Source: Rugosibacter sp. (GTDB lineage Bacteria > Pseudomonadota > Gammaproteobacteria > Burkholderiales > Rhodocyclaceae). Taken from it: 60,653 nt of DNA. Of this stretch, positions 1 to 9,247 are shown piece by piece. A program made the translations under genes and the position numbers. The notes under the pieces were generated by a model. It made no database searches. It was not told the origin of the DNA and saw only the letters and a program-made list of their open reading frames with translations. Where the stretch lies: contig DATCQI010000003.1 of assembly GCA_036569545.1 (NCBI GenBank), forward strand, positions 1 to 60,653, given 5' to 3'. Each line of letters begins with the position of its first letter. Positions within the stretch are counted from its first letter, which is position 1.

Positions 1-223
1 TGCGATCAAGTTCTTCCAACACGGTCCAGAGCGTTTTAATTGCACGGCGCAAAACCGAGGTAAAGGCCAGATCAAACGCATACCCTTCTTGACGCAACAG
101 CTGGCCAGCGGCTTGCGCCTCTGCCATGCCTTTGGCTGTCAGCCCGATATCATGCCAGCCGGTAAAGCGGTTTTCCTGATTCCAGACAGACTCGCCGTGG
201 CGAAGAAGAACAATTTTGTACAT
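1..223 (-). CDS. gpmA: 2,3-bisphosphoglycerate-dependent phosphoglycerate mutase (5' part; runs off window start)
   Basis: Reverse-strand translation from ATG at 223 gives [29 protein letters not shown], with the RHGES histidine-phosphatase motif; divergent from the rhodanese-grxC-secB operon. Confidence 0.93.
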   Translation of the reverse strand, partial: MYKIVLLRHGESVWNQENRFTGWHDIGLTAKGMAEAQAAGQLLRQEGYAFDLAFTSVLRRAIKTLWTVLEELDR

Positions 224-389
224 GAAGCGTTCCATTCATTAAAAAGGTCATTTTAGCGTGTGACGCAACACCAAAGGCAGAAGCGATTACCTCGGGCAGG
301 TTACAATGTATGGCTTATGGATTTAAGTCATTTTGCGTTGAATAACGAATGATTCAAAATCACACCTACAATGAAGGAATAGATCACTC

Positions 390-797
390 ATGGAATTTTT
401 GCAACATAACTGGATGTGGATTGCCCTTGCCATCACCTCAGGCGGCATGTTGCTGTGGCCCATGTTAAAAAACGGTGGCAGCCAGGCGCTCACACCCAGT
501 CAGGCCACACTGCTGATGAATCGTGAAAACGCAGTAGTGATTGACGTCCGCGAAAGCGGCGAATGGAACACCGGGCATATTGCGGGTGCCCGCCATATTC
601 CCATGCCGCTGTTGCAAGAAAAAATGTCTGATCTGGAAAAATTCAAGAAACGTCCGCTGATTATTTGCTGTGCCTCGGGTAACCGCTCTTCAGCCGCCTG
701 CAATACTTTGCGTAAAGCAGGCTTTGAAAAAGTCTTCAACCTGGCCGGTGGCATGACCAACTGGCGCGAAGCAAAACTTCCTCTCACCACGAAATAA
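390..797 (+). CDS. Membrane-anchored rhodanese-like protein (YibN family)
   Basis: N-terminal TM helix, IDVRE...GHI and CASGNRS rhodanese motifs; conserved position before grxC-secB. Confidence 0.88.
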   Translation: MEFLQHNWMWIALAITSGGMLLWPMLKNGGSQALTPSQATLLMNRENAVVIDVRESGEWNTGHIAGARHIPMPLLQEKMSDLEKFKKRPLIICCASGNRSSAACNTLRKAGFEKVFNLAGGMTNWREAKLPLTTK

Positions 798-828
798 ATT
801 TGTAGCCAACTTACAAGGTAATCGCGTC

Positions 829-1086
829 ATGGCTAAAGTACTCATGTATTCAACTGCAATGTGTCCGTATTGCGTACGCGCCGAGCAACTATTGTTGCGC
901 AAAGGTATTAAGGATATCGAGAAAGTGCGGGTTGACCTTAATCCACAGCTACGCGAAGAAATGATGCAAAAAACCGGCCGCCGCAGCGTGCCGCAAATTT
1001 ATATTGGCACTACCCACGTAGGTGGGTTTGATGAGCTTTTTTCCCTTGATCAGCAAGGCAGTCTTGACGCTTTGCTGGCTTCTTGA
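829..1086 (+). CDS. grxC: Glutaredoxin 3
   Basis: CPYC active site, SVPQI and GGFD motifs, 85 aa. Confidence 0.95.
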   Translation: MAKVLMYSTAMCPYCVRAEQLLLRKGIKDIEKVRVDLNPQLREEMMQKTGRRSVPQIYIGTTHVGGFDELFSLDQQGSLDALLAS

Positions 1087-1120
1087 GTTTCCATTTTTTT
1101 AAACATTCACCGACCCTTCC

Positions 1121-1582
1121 ATGAGCGATCAACAAGCTGTTTTTACCATCGAAAAAATTTATGTACGCGACTTTTCTGTCGAGGTACCCCATGCGCCGCA
1201 GATTTATCTGGAGCGTGAAGCGCCCGCGATTTCTGTGCAGATTCAAACCACAGCGACCGATATTAGCGATGGCGTATTTGAAGTCGTGGTGACGGTTACC
1301 GTGACAGCCAAAAAAGAAGACAAAGTTTTCTTTTTGGTTGAAGTCGCCCAAGCAGGCATTTTCCAAATTAAAAATGTGCCGCAAGAAGAGATGGAGCCTG
1401 TGCTAGCTATCGGTTGTCCCAATATCTTGTTCCCCTATGTGCGCGAAACCATTTCGGATGCCGTCAATCGCGCAGGATTTCCGCCCGTAATTCTTGCCCC
1501 CGTGAATTTTGAAGCGATGCATCAGCAACGCGCTGCTGAACAAGCCGCTACCACCAATGATGCACCCACTTCCCTGCAATAG
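1121..1582 (+). CDS. secB: Protein-export chaperone SecB
   Basis: IEKIYVRDFSVE, CPNILFPY and GFPPV..APVNF motifs. Confidence 0.96.
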   Translation: MSDQQAVFTIEKIYVRDFSVEVPHAPQIYLEREAPAISVQIQTTATDISDGVFEVVVTVTVTAKKEDKVFFLVEVAQAGIFQIKNVPQEEMEPVLAIGCPNILFPYVRETISDAVNRAGFPPVILAPVNFEAMHQQRAAEQAATTNDAPTSLQ

Positions 1583-1600
1583 TCGGCGATGGTGATACGG
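1578..1600 (+). repeat. Dispersed 23-bp motif, copy 1 (21/23)
   Basis: AATAGTCGGCGATGGTGATACGG; spans the secB stop codon and the next ORF's ATG. Confidence 0.85.
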
Positions 1601-2056
1601 CGCAAAGCGCTCTGGCGCAAAGTGGTAACGATAGTCGCCACCCTGTTTGGCGTCCTCACCGTGACACCGGCATTTGCACTGGATTTTCTTTCCATCGCGG
1701 CACCGGCTGTTTTATTTGATGCGCCATCAAGTAAAGCCAAGCCCTTGTTTGTCATCAATCCCGGCACACCGGTAGAGCGCGTCATCAGCCTGGAAGGCTG
1801 GGTCAAGGTGCGCGACAATAAAGGCGATCTTGCCTGGATAGAAAAAAAATATCTCAGCGAAACTCGCCAAGTCATAGTAGTAGTAGACCGTGCACAAATT
1901 CGTGCTGCCACGGACGATAAAGCGGCAATCCTATTTGAAGCCGAGCGCGATGTCGTCCTTACCCTGCTTGAAACCTTGCCTGATGGATGGGCCAAGGTAA
2001 AGCATCGCGATGGTCAAGAAGGTTTTATCAAGTCAACACAGGTATGGGGCTTGTGA
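1589..2056 (+). CDS. Exported protein with tandem bacterial SH3 domains
   Basis: Signal peptide ending PAFA; two GWVKV/GWAKV...G.I SH3-like repeats. Start codon uncertain. Confidence 0.8.
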   Translation: MVIRRKALWRKVVTIVATLFGVLTVTPAFALDFLSIAAPAVLFDAPSSKAKPLFVINPGTPVERVISLEGWVKVRDNKGDLAWIEKKYLSETRQVIVVVDRAQIRAATDDKAAILFEAERDVVLTLLETLPDGWAKVKHRDGQEGFIKSTQVWGL

Positions 2057-2107
2057 TGGAATGTGTCATCGAGCCAGTCCATCAAGCAAGGTATTAGAGC
2101 GCACTGC

Positions 2108-3124
2108 ATGAAAATAGCGATTTTAGGTGCTGGCGCATGGGGTACCGCGTTAGCCATTGCCCTCGCGCCACGCCATCTTGTTTGCCTGTGGGCGCGTGAC
2201 TCAGCACAAGCCGCGTCGATGAACGCGCATCGTGAAAACCTGCGCTACCTGGCCGATTGTCCGTTCCCTGAAGCATTGCAAGTGACAAGTGACTTTAACA
2301 CGACTGTTGCCTCTGCCGAATTACTGATTCTCGCTGCGCCACTCGCTGCTTTGCGGCCCTTGCTTGAACAACTGAACGCTTCACCCTTGCTTGCCCCAAG
2401 CCGTTTTCTGTGGCTCTGCAAAGGGCTGGAAACCATGACGGGCAAGCTGCCGCATCAAGTGGTAACGGACGTACTGAACCACGCAGCAGCCGCAACCGAT
2501 ACAACATCGGCGTCTGCCTGGGGTGCACTCACAGGCCCCAGCTTTGCCTTTGAAGTTGCCCGCGGTCTACCCACGGCGTTGACCTTGGCCGCGACCAATA
2601 TGGCTTTTGCCACCGACATCGCGCATGCGCTGCATGGCGGCAATCTGCGAATTTATGCTAATGACGACCTCATTGGCGCTGAAGTCGGCGGAGCAGTTAA
2701 AAATGTTATGGCCATTGCCGCTGGCGTGAGCGATGGCCTGGGTTTGGGACACAATGCGCGCGCAGCGCTGCTAACGCGCGGCTTGGTGGAAATGACCCGT
2801 TTTGGGGTGGCGCTCGGCGCCCGACGCGAAACTTTCACCGGACTCACCGGCCTGGGCGATCTGATTCTTACCAGCACGGGCGATTTATCGCGTAATCGGC
2901 GCGTGGGTTTATTGCTCGCCGAAGGCCAGAGTCTTGCCGCCATACAAAATACATTGGGCCACGTGGCTGAAGGTGTTTTCACTGCTCGCGAAGTCGAGCA
3001 ACGTGCCACGGCCATGGGCATCGACATGCCCATCACCGCTGCAGTAGCAGGGCTACTCGATGGTCGCATGAGTCCCCGCGAGACTGTGCATCAGCTCATG
3101 GCGCGTGACGCGCGCACCGAGTAA
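2108..3124 (+). CDS. gpsA: NAD(P)H-dependent glycerol-3-phosphate dehydrogenase
   Basis: MKIAILGAGAWGTALA Rossmann motif; GPSFA, KNVMAIA, GLGDLILT and SRNRR motifs. Confidence 0.96.
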   Translation: MKIAILGAGAWGTALAIALAPRHLVCLWARDSAQAASMNAHRENLRYLADCPFPEALQVTSDFNTTVASAELLILAAPLAALRPLLEQLNASPLLAPSRFLWLCKGLETMTGKLPHQVVTDVLNHAAAATDTTSASAWGALTGPSFAFEVARGLPTALTLAATNMAFATDIAHALHGGNLRIYANDDLIGAEVGGAVKNVMAIAAGVSDGLGLGHNARAALLTRGLVEMTRFGVALGARRETFTGLTGLGDLILTSTGDLSRNRRVGLLLAEGQSLAAIQNTLGHVAEGVFTAREVEQRATAMGIDMPITAAVAGLLDGRMSPRETVHQLMARDARTE

Positions 3125-3177
3125 CGCATTCCAGCCAGCGCTGAATGGCCAGGTTAAGCAGTTCAGTAACAGTTCAA

Positions 3178-3663
3178 CTACGACCCGCCCGCAAACCCGT
3201 TTTGGCGCCAGGCCTCATATACCACAATCGCCACGGTATTCGATAAATTCAAACAGCGGTTGCTGGGCATCATTGGCAACCGCAGTCGATTTTCCGGAGC
3301 GATATCCGCCAGCACATGGCCAGGTAATCCGCTGGACTCTGAGCCAAAGACAAATGCATCACCCGGCGAAAAGTCGGGGCTGGCGCCATAGCCAGCATAA
3401 GGACGCATTCCTTTGATGGTTAAAGCAAATAGCTGCGCTACACCCTCCGCCTTGAGCAGCGCGCGGCAAGCGGCCCAGTCAGCATGCACAGTAACAATGG
3501 CCAGATCAACATAATCCATGCCGGCGCGGCGCAACTGCGCTGCCGAAAGACCAAATCCAAGGGGTTCCACCAGATGCAAACGCGCCCCGGCATTAGCGCA
3601 CAGGCGGATGACATTGCCCGTGTTGGGCGGAATTTCAGGAGCTATCAAAACGACATGGAACAC
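3178..3663 (-). CDS. trmL: tRNA (cytidine/uridine(34)-2'-O)-methyltransferase
   Basis: PEIPPNTGN, RRAGMDY, FGSES.GLP and LNLSN SPOUT motifs; probable GTG start at 3663. Confidence 0.93.
   Translation of the reverse strand: MFHVVLIAPEIPPNTGNVIRLCANAGARLHLVEPLGFGLSAAQLRRAGMDYVDLAIVTVHADWAACRALLKAEGVAQLFALTIKGMRPYAGYGASPDFSPGDAFVFGSESSGLPGHVLADIAPENRLRLPMMPSNRCLNLSNTVAIVVYEAWRQNGFAGGS
3369..3391 (+). repeat. Dispersed 23-bp motif, weak copy (17/23)
   Basis: AAAAGTCGGGGCTGGCGCCATAG inside trmL (peptide YGASPDF); left half conserved. Confidence 0.45.
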
Positions 3664-3762
3664 ATTCGTATCCTCAAATGCAAGGTATTTTCCCAAATAA
3701 TCAGAAGATTGGCGAAAAAACTTCGTGTAATATCAAAAACCAAACCCCTTGGAGACCATGTA

Positions 3763-5469
3763 ATGGCCCGCCCAGAAAAGATTCGGTTAGGTGATCTGCT
3801 TGTGCAGCAGGGTCTTATCACCGCCGAACAATTAAAGCATGCGCTCGACGAGCAAAAACGTACCGGACGCAAATTAGGGCGTGTTTTGGTAGAGAGCAGC
3901 TACGCCACCGAAGAAGGCATTTCCAAAGCGTTGGCGCGTCAATTGGGTGCGGATTTTATTGATTTGCGTCAATTCAATCCCAAGCCAGAACACACCAGCC
4001 TGCTACCGGAAAGCCAAGCACGGCGCTTGCGTGCGCTGGTATTGAGCGAGCGTGCCGGCATGTTGCTGGTGGGCATGGCAGATCCTACGGATCTGGCGGC
4101 CTTTGATGAAATCGCCCGGCTACTCAAGCGCGAGATTGACTTAGCGGTGGTCACCGAAAGCCAGTTAATGGGCACCATTGACCGGGCCTATACGCGCACT
4201 GAAGAAATTTCCGGCCTGGCTAAAGAACTCACGGCAGATTTGTCCGATATGCCAGCCGAGTTTGGCAACCTGCTTGGTCTCACCGCCGGCGCTGAAGACG
4301 CGCCTGTTGTCAAGCTACTGAATACCGTGTTTGAAGAGGCGTTGAAACTGCACGCCTCGGATATTCATATCGAACCGCAAGAATCCTCGCTGGTTATCAG
4401 GTTCCGCATCGATGGGGTCCTGCGCATCCAGACAGAAGCTGACGCGAAAATTTCTACCGCGCTCGTGCTGCGGCTCAAACTGATGTCCGGCTTGGATATT
4501 TCCGAAAAACGCCTGCCGCAAGATGGCCGGTTCAATATCAAGCTGCGCAATGAAGCGATTGATATCCGCATTTCAACCATGCCCACCCAGCATGGCGAAT
4601 CGGTTGTGATGCGTTTGCTCGCGCAGAACACGGGTTTGTTGCATTTAGATCGCCTGCATATGCCGCCACATATTCTGGAGCGCTTCCGCCATGCGATCGG
4701 CCGACCTTCCGGCATTGTGCTGGTGACCGGCCCGACGGGTTCAGGCAAAACCACCACGCTGTATGCCGCGCTGAATTCACTAAACACACCGGAAAAGAAA
4801 ATCATCACAGTGGAAGACCCGGTTGAATATCGGCTGCCGGGCATCAACCAGGTGCAAGTGCATGAAAAAATCGACCTGACATTTAGCCGTGTGTTGCGTT
4901 CAGCCTTGCGCCAGGATCCGGATATTGTCCTGATCGGCGAAATGCGCGACCAGGACACGGCAGAAATCGGCATGCGCGCTTCCATGACAGGCCATTTGGT
5001 GCTCTCGACCTTGCACACCAATGATGCCTTATCGACGCCTATCCGCCTGCTGGACATGGGTGTGCCGCGTTACATGGTGGCGCTCTCCGTGCAAATCGTG
5101 CTCGCGCAACGTCTGGTGCGGCTGATCTGTACGAACTGTGCAGTGCCTTACAACCTGCTGCCACATGAACATTTATGGATTAAAAGCGAATTGGAGAACC
5201 ACGTGGATGAGCACCACTATATGCATGGCCAAGGATGCAGCCACTGCAACAACACCGGCTATCAAGGGCGTCAGGCGGTCTACGAGATGCTGGAAATGAC
5301 CAACACGATAGTAGAAGCGGTTAATCGCGGCGACCCTAACGAGTTCATGGCCTTGGGGCGTCAGCAAATGGCAGGGAAAACCTTGCGCCATGATGCGGTG
5401 CGCCTGGTACGGGATGGCAAAACCACGGTGGATGAAGCCATGCGAATCAGCACTCAGCTGGATGACTAG
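3763..5469 (+). CDS. mshE: MSHA pilus extension ATPase (GspE/PilB family) with MshEN c-di-GMP-binding domain
   Basis: RLGDLLVQQGLI...LDEQ MshEN motif, Walker A GPTGSGKT, LRQDPD, CxxC...CxxC; GGAG RBS before ATG 3763. Confidence 0.9.
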   Translation: MARPEKIRLGDLLVQQGLITAEQLKHALDEQKRTGRKLGRVLVESSYATEEGISKALARQLGADFIDLRQFNPKPEHTSLLPESQARRLRALVLSERAGMLLVGMADPTDLAAFDEIARLLKREIDLAVVTESQLMGTIDRAYTRTEEISGLAKELTADLSDMPAEFGNLLGLTAGAEDAPVVKLLNTVFEEALKLHASDIHIEPQESSLVIRFRIDGVLRIQTEADAKISTALVLRLKLMSGLDISEKRLPQDGRFNIKLRNEAIDIRISTMPTQHGESVVMRLLAQNTGLLHLDRLHMPPHILERFRHAIGRPSGIVLVTGPTGSGKTTTLYAALNSLNTPEKKIITVEDPVEYRLPGINQVQVHEKIDLTFSRVLRSALRQDPDIVLIGEMRDQDTAEIGMRASMTGHLVLSTLHTNDALSTPIRLLDMGVPRYMVALSVQIVLAQRLVRLICTNCAVPYNLLPHEHLWIKSELENHVDEHHYMHGQGCSHCNNTGYQGRQAVYEMLEMTNTIVEAVNRGDPNEFMALGRQQMAGKTLRHDAVRLVRDGKTTVDEAMRISTQLDD

Positions 5470-5477
5470 GGGCTCCC

Positions 5478-6722
5478 ATGCCTGATTTCAGTTGGCGCGG
5501 CCGTAATAGTGCAGGAGAACTCGTCAAGGGCGTGATGGAAGGCGCAGCCGCCAATGCAGTCGCCGACAGTTTGCTGGGTATGCGCATCACACCGATCGAG
5601 ATCCAGCCTCAAGGCGCCTCATCATCCGCCGACGGACCAGGCGGCGTCTCTGCAACGCCGAGTTTTCAGCTCTTCAAGAGAAAAGTCGGTCCCACTGATG
5701 TACTGCTCTTTTCGCGCCAGCTACACACGCTGCTGCGCGCCGGGGTGCCAATCATGCGGGCCCTGGCCGGATTACAGGAATCACACGACAATCCAGCAAT
5801 GAAAACCGTACTCGGCGATGTGCGCGAAGGCCTGGATTCGGGACGCGACCTGTCACTCTCGCTGGCACGGCATCCGGAGGTGTTTTCGCGGTTTTACATC
5901 TCCATGGTGCGTGTAGGCGAGATGACCGGACGGCTGGAAGAAGTCTTCATCCGCCTGTTTGAGCATCTTGATTTTGAACGTTTCATGAAAGAGCAGGTGA
6001 AATCCGCCCTGCGTTATCCCTCGTTTGTACTCGCTGCAATGGCGGTTGCCATGCTGGTGATCAACATTTTTGTCATTCCGGCCTTTGCCAAAACCTTTAA
6101 AGGCTTGAACGCCGAGTTACCGCTGATGACGCGTGCGTTGATCGGATTTTCGGAATTCATGGTGAATTCCTGGCCGTTCTTGATTGCTGGCGCAATTTTA
6201 GCAGCGCTTGCCTTTAATGCCTGGCGTAAAACCGAGCAAGGCTGCTACGACTGGGACAGGCTCAAGATGAAAATCCCGGTTGCGGGAAAGATTATCCAAA
6301 AGGGTACGCTTGCCCGCTTCGCCCGCGCCTTTGCCTTATCGTCACGCAGTGGCGTGCCCATCATCCAGGCACTGAGCAATGTGGCAGAAACTGTCGATAA
6401 CGCTTTTATTGCTGCCAAAATCAAAAAGATGCGAGAAGGCATTGAGCGTGGCGAAAGCGTGCTGCGCACAACTATTTCTGCTGGTGTATTTACTCCCGTG
6501 GTGATTCAAATGGTTGCCGTTGGCGAAGAATCCGGCGCGCTGGACGATATGATGCAGGAAGTCGCCGACATGTACCAAAGCGAAGTGGAGTACGAACTCA
6601 AAACGCTTTCGCAACAAATCGAGCCTATCCTGATCGTCGCGCTCGGCGCGATGGTGCTGGTACTTGCCTTGGGTATTTTCCTGCCGATTTGGGATTTAGG
6701 CAGCACGATGATCAAGCACTGA
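5478..6722 (+). CDS. mshG: MSHA inner-membrane platform protein (GspF/PilC family)
   Basis: Two T2SSF repeats (GEMTG.LE, GEESG.LD), ALRYP, C-terminal IFLPIWD. Confidence 0.9.
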   Translation: MPDFSWRGRNSAGELVKGVMEGAAANAVADSLLGMRITPIEIQPQGASSSADGPGGVSATPSFQLFKRKVGPTDVLLFSRQLHTLLRAGVPIMRALAGLQESHDNPAMKTVLGDVREGLDSGRDLSLSLARHPEVFSRFYISMVRVGEMTGRLEEVFIRLFEHLDFERFMKEQVKSALRYPSFVLAAMAVAMLVINIFVIPAFAKTFKGLNAELPLMTRALIGFSEFMVNSWPFLIAGAILAALAFNAWRKTEQGCYDWDRLKMKIPVAGKIIQKGTLARFARAFALSSRSGVPIIQALSNVAETVDNAFIAAKIKKMREGIERGESVLRTTISAGVFTPVVIQMVAVGEESGALDDMMQEVADMYQSEVEYELKTLSQQIEPILIVALGAMVLVLALGIFLPIWDLGSTMIKH

Positions 6723-6726
6723 CCGC

Positions 6727-7290
6727 ATGCGCCAATTGTCCAGCTATCACCGCTTGCGACCGTATCCGGTCAAGCCGGCCCGTTTATGCGGATTCACTTC
6801 GTTGGAATTTGCCGTCGTTTTGGTGATTATCAGCGTAGCGGCCTATTTTCTTCTTCAGGGGTTGCTATCTACCCAGGCAGAAGCCGAACGACAGGGATTT
6901 GAAGATAACGTTGCGGCTCTTGAGCGCGCCCTCAGCTATGAGCTCATGAGCCGGGGAACCCGTGGAGAGACCACGGATAACACACTGCTACAACATGAAA
7001 ATCCCTTTCAATGGTTATCTCCCAAGCCGCTGGGTTATGCGGGTGCTTACCCCGCTCAAGGGACGCTGACGCCAGGCGGATGGTATTGGGATAGCCACCA
7101 CACAGAAGTTGTTTATCTGCCTAAAATGGCTAATCGCATTCAGTTAAGCTCTTTAGGCCATAATGGACTTGCCGACACAAACACAAGCACGCCGAAAAAA
7201 ATTCCGGAAATTCGCCTGCGGATAATGTTAACAGGCAATGGTCACGTACACTTGGAACCCGGTCACTCGTTTCAATGGCAAACCCACTGA
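6727..7290 (+). CDS. Pilin-like protein, MshF-like by position
   Basis: Prepilin-like G|FTSLEF followed by a hydrophobic helix; NPF and G.WYWD motifs; lies between mshG and mshA. Confidence 0.6.
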   Translation: MRQLSSYHRLRPYPVKPARLCGFTSLEFAVVLVIISVAAYFLLQGLLSTQAEAERQGFEDNVAALERALSYELMSRGTRGETTDNTLLQHENPFQWLSPKPLGYAGAYPAQGTLTPGGWYWDSHHTEVVYLPKMANRIQLSSLGHNGLADTNTSTPKKIPEIRLRIMLTGNGHVHLEPGHSFQWQTH

Positions 7291-7317
7291 CCATGACAGG
7301 CTTGTTGAACGCTATTT

Positions 7318-7334
7318 GTGGCTTGCTGATTGCG
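7318..7334 (+). promoter_or_regulatory. Candidate sigma54 (-24/-12) promoter of mshA
   Basis: TGGCTTGCTGATTGCG with GG-N10-GC spacing, about 150 bp upstream of the pilin gene. Confidence 0.45.
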
Positions 7335-7484
7335 TGGCTTTGCTTGAGCATTAAAGAAAAAGGCTTTTTTTGCCGTTCTCTACAGACGAAGCAAGGTTAT
7401 TCTTTTCCACATTTTGCAGTTGTTGTAATGAGCATTCGCAAACGATCAATAAACTGTTGTGCTTGAAACTGAGGAGCAATGATA

Positions 7485-8057
7485 ATGCGTAAAAATCAAA
7501 CGGGCTTTACCTTAATCGAACTGGTAGTGGTCATCACTATCCTGGGCATCCTGGCCGCCGTGGCTCTGCCGCGTTTCACCAATCTGCAGCGCGATGCGCG
7601 CATCGCCAAGCTCAATGCGGCGCGCGGTGCAGTGGGCGCAGCAGCAGCCTTGGTGCATGGTACGGCTTTGGCGCGAGGTGGTGTGGCTGATGCGGTGGCT
7701 TGTCCGGTCGCCCTCGGGTTCGGCCCGGCGATTGCGGATAACGTAACTAACCTATGTACCGAATCGGGGCTCGTGCAAATTCTGAATCTTTATCCTACCG
7801 CCAACTTGGCAGGTATCGTTGATTCAGCAGGTTTAAGCTCCACATTCCCGGCTACCGTCGCCACACTTGCTGCAGAGCAAATGTCGACCACAGGTGGCGG
7901 GGTTGGCGCAGGAGCAGTACTCACTATCCGTGTGAATGGCGGCACCAACCCGGCGACATGTTTCTTTACCTACACCGCGCCAACCGTTGCAGGTGGAGCT
8001 GCCATCATTGGCGCAACATCACCGTCCTCGGCAAACGGGGATACAACGGGCTGTTAA
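7485..8057 (+). CDS. mshA: MSHA major pilin (type IVa)
   Basis: MRKNQTG|FTLIELVVVITILGILAAVALPRF class III signal, ARIA.L motif, four Cys; GAGGAG RBS. Confidence 0.9.
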   Translation: MRKNQTGFTLIELVVVITILGILAAVALPRFTNLQRDARIAKLNAARGAVGAAAALVHGTALARGGVADAVACPVALGFGPAIADNVTNLCTESGLVQILNLYPTANLAGIVDSAGLSSTFPATVATLAAEQMSTTGGGVGAGAVLTIRVNGGTNPATCFFTYTAPTVAGGAAIIGATSPSSANGDTTGC

Positions 8058-8094
8058 ATCACGAGTTAATCATCATTGCTGTATTTTCCTGAAG

Positions 8095-8129
8095 CAGGGC
8101 CAGGCATATTTCTCCTGACCCTGTTTTTT
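8095..8129 (+). terminator. Intrinsic terminator after mshA
   Basis: CAGGGCCAGG-N9-CCTGACCCTG stem (one mismatch) followed by T6. Confidence 0.7.
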
Positions 8130-8170
8130 GGTTTTTGGTGAATGCCTGCTTTGCCATCCGCTCTGTTTTA

Positions 8171-8193
8171 CCGTATCACCAGCGCCGACTTTT
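8171..8193 (-). repeat. Dispersed 23-bp motif, copy 2 (23/23)
   Basis: CCGTATCACCAGCGCCGACTTTT on the top strand, in the mshA-mshI intergenic region. Confidence 0.9.
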
Positions 8194-8317
8194 TTTATTC
8201 GCTTTCCGCCCGCTGCACTATTTCAATCTACCCAATTGGGCAGGCTTTAAAGTTGATTTTCCCCGCTGAATCACCGAGTAACGCAGTATAGTCGCGGAAA
8301 TTGGTCTTATTAGTCTT

Positions 8318-9247
8318 ATGCTCCCATTTTTCAAAATACCCCGCGAACCCGGTTGGCTGGCGATTGGACAAAGTCCGCACCGGTTTGACTTCGTGCGTGT
8401 GCAACGCACACAGGGTCGCTTGCCTCAAGTGTTGTTGGCGGAATCCATCGAGCGCGGCGCAGACGATGCGGCAACTTTGGCTGCCCTCAAAAAACCCCTG
8501 CAGCTGAATCGCTCTCATCTCACAGCCTTGCTTCCCGCTGGCCAGTATCAAGTGGTTTTGACAGATGTCGTCGACGGCCCGCTTATTGAAGCACGCGAGA
8601 TCATTCGCTGGAAACTCAAGGATCAAGTCGGCTTCCCCGTGGACACGGCCGCGATTGATCTCTTGCCGATTCCTCCACTAGGCCATGCACCGCAAGTCTA
8701 TGCGCTACTGGCATCCGAGAAGGTCATGACGCCGCTGGTGCAATCCTTCCAATCAGCCAAACTCGACCTGGCCGTCGTTGACGTGCCCGAGCTTGCCCAG
8801 CGCAACCTTTCCGCTTTGCTCGAAGAAGACGACCGCGGCTTGGCCATGCTCATTTTTGATGAGTCAGAAGGACTGCTGACCTTCACCTTTGGCAGAGAGC
8901 TACTCGTGGCGCGTCATATTGAAATTTCCGCAGAACAGTTGCTATTGGCAAATGCAGAGCGGCGAGAGCAACTCTTTGAACGCATCGCGCTGGATATCCA
9001 GCGTTCGCTGGATAATTTTGACCGCAGCTACAGCATGGTGCCACTCTCCGGCCTTGTCGTCAGTGCCATTCCCGGCGTAACTGGGTATATGGATTACCTG
9101 CGCAATAACCTGTCTCTCCCTGTCGTGGCGTTGAACCTGGCCGACATCATCGATTTCAACGCCGCACCGGCATTGCTTGATCCGCAGCGCCAACTCCAGT
9201 GCCTGCGTGCCCTGGGTGCCGCCTTGCGCGAGGAACCCGCATCTTGA
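8318..9247 (+). CDS. mshI: MSHA biogenesis protein MshI (PilM-like)
   Basis: IRWKLKD, DVPELAQRN and LDIQRSLDNF motifs; first gene of the mshI-N block. Confidence 0.8.
   Translation: MLPFFKIPREPGWLAIGQSPHRFDFVRVQRTQGRLPQVLLAESIERGADDAATLAALKKPLQLNRSHLTALLPAGQYQVVLTDVVDGPLIEAREIIRWKLKDQVGFPVDTAAIDLLPIPPLGHAPQVYALLASEKVMTPLVQSFQSAKLDLAVVDVPELAQRNLSALLEEDDRGLAMLIFDESEGLLTFTFGRELLVARHIEISAEQLLLANAERREQLFERIALDIQRSLDNFDRSYSMVPLSGLVVSAIPGVTGYMDYLRNNLSLPVVALNLADIIDFNAAPALLDPQRQLQCLRALGAALREEPAS

Noticed and set aside
3484-3762. 93-aa N-terminal extension of MshE in the ORF track
   Set aside because: It overlaps the divergent trmL; the RBS and MshEN domain point to ATG 3763.
7335-7484. Possible c-di-GMP riboswitch in the mshA leader
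   Set aside because: I could not find the GEMM-I (GGCAAAC...GAAA tetraloop/receptor) or class II consensus by eye; an Infernal search would settle it.
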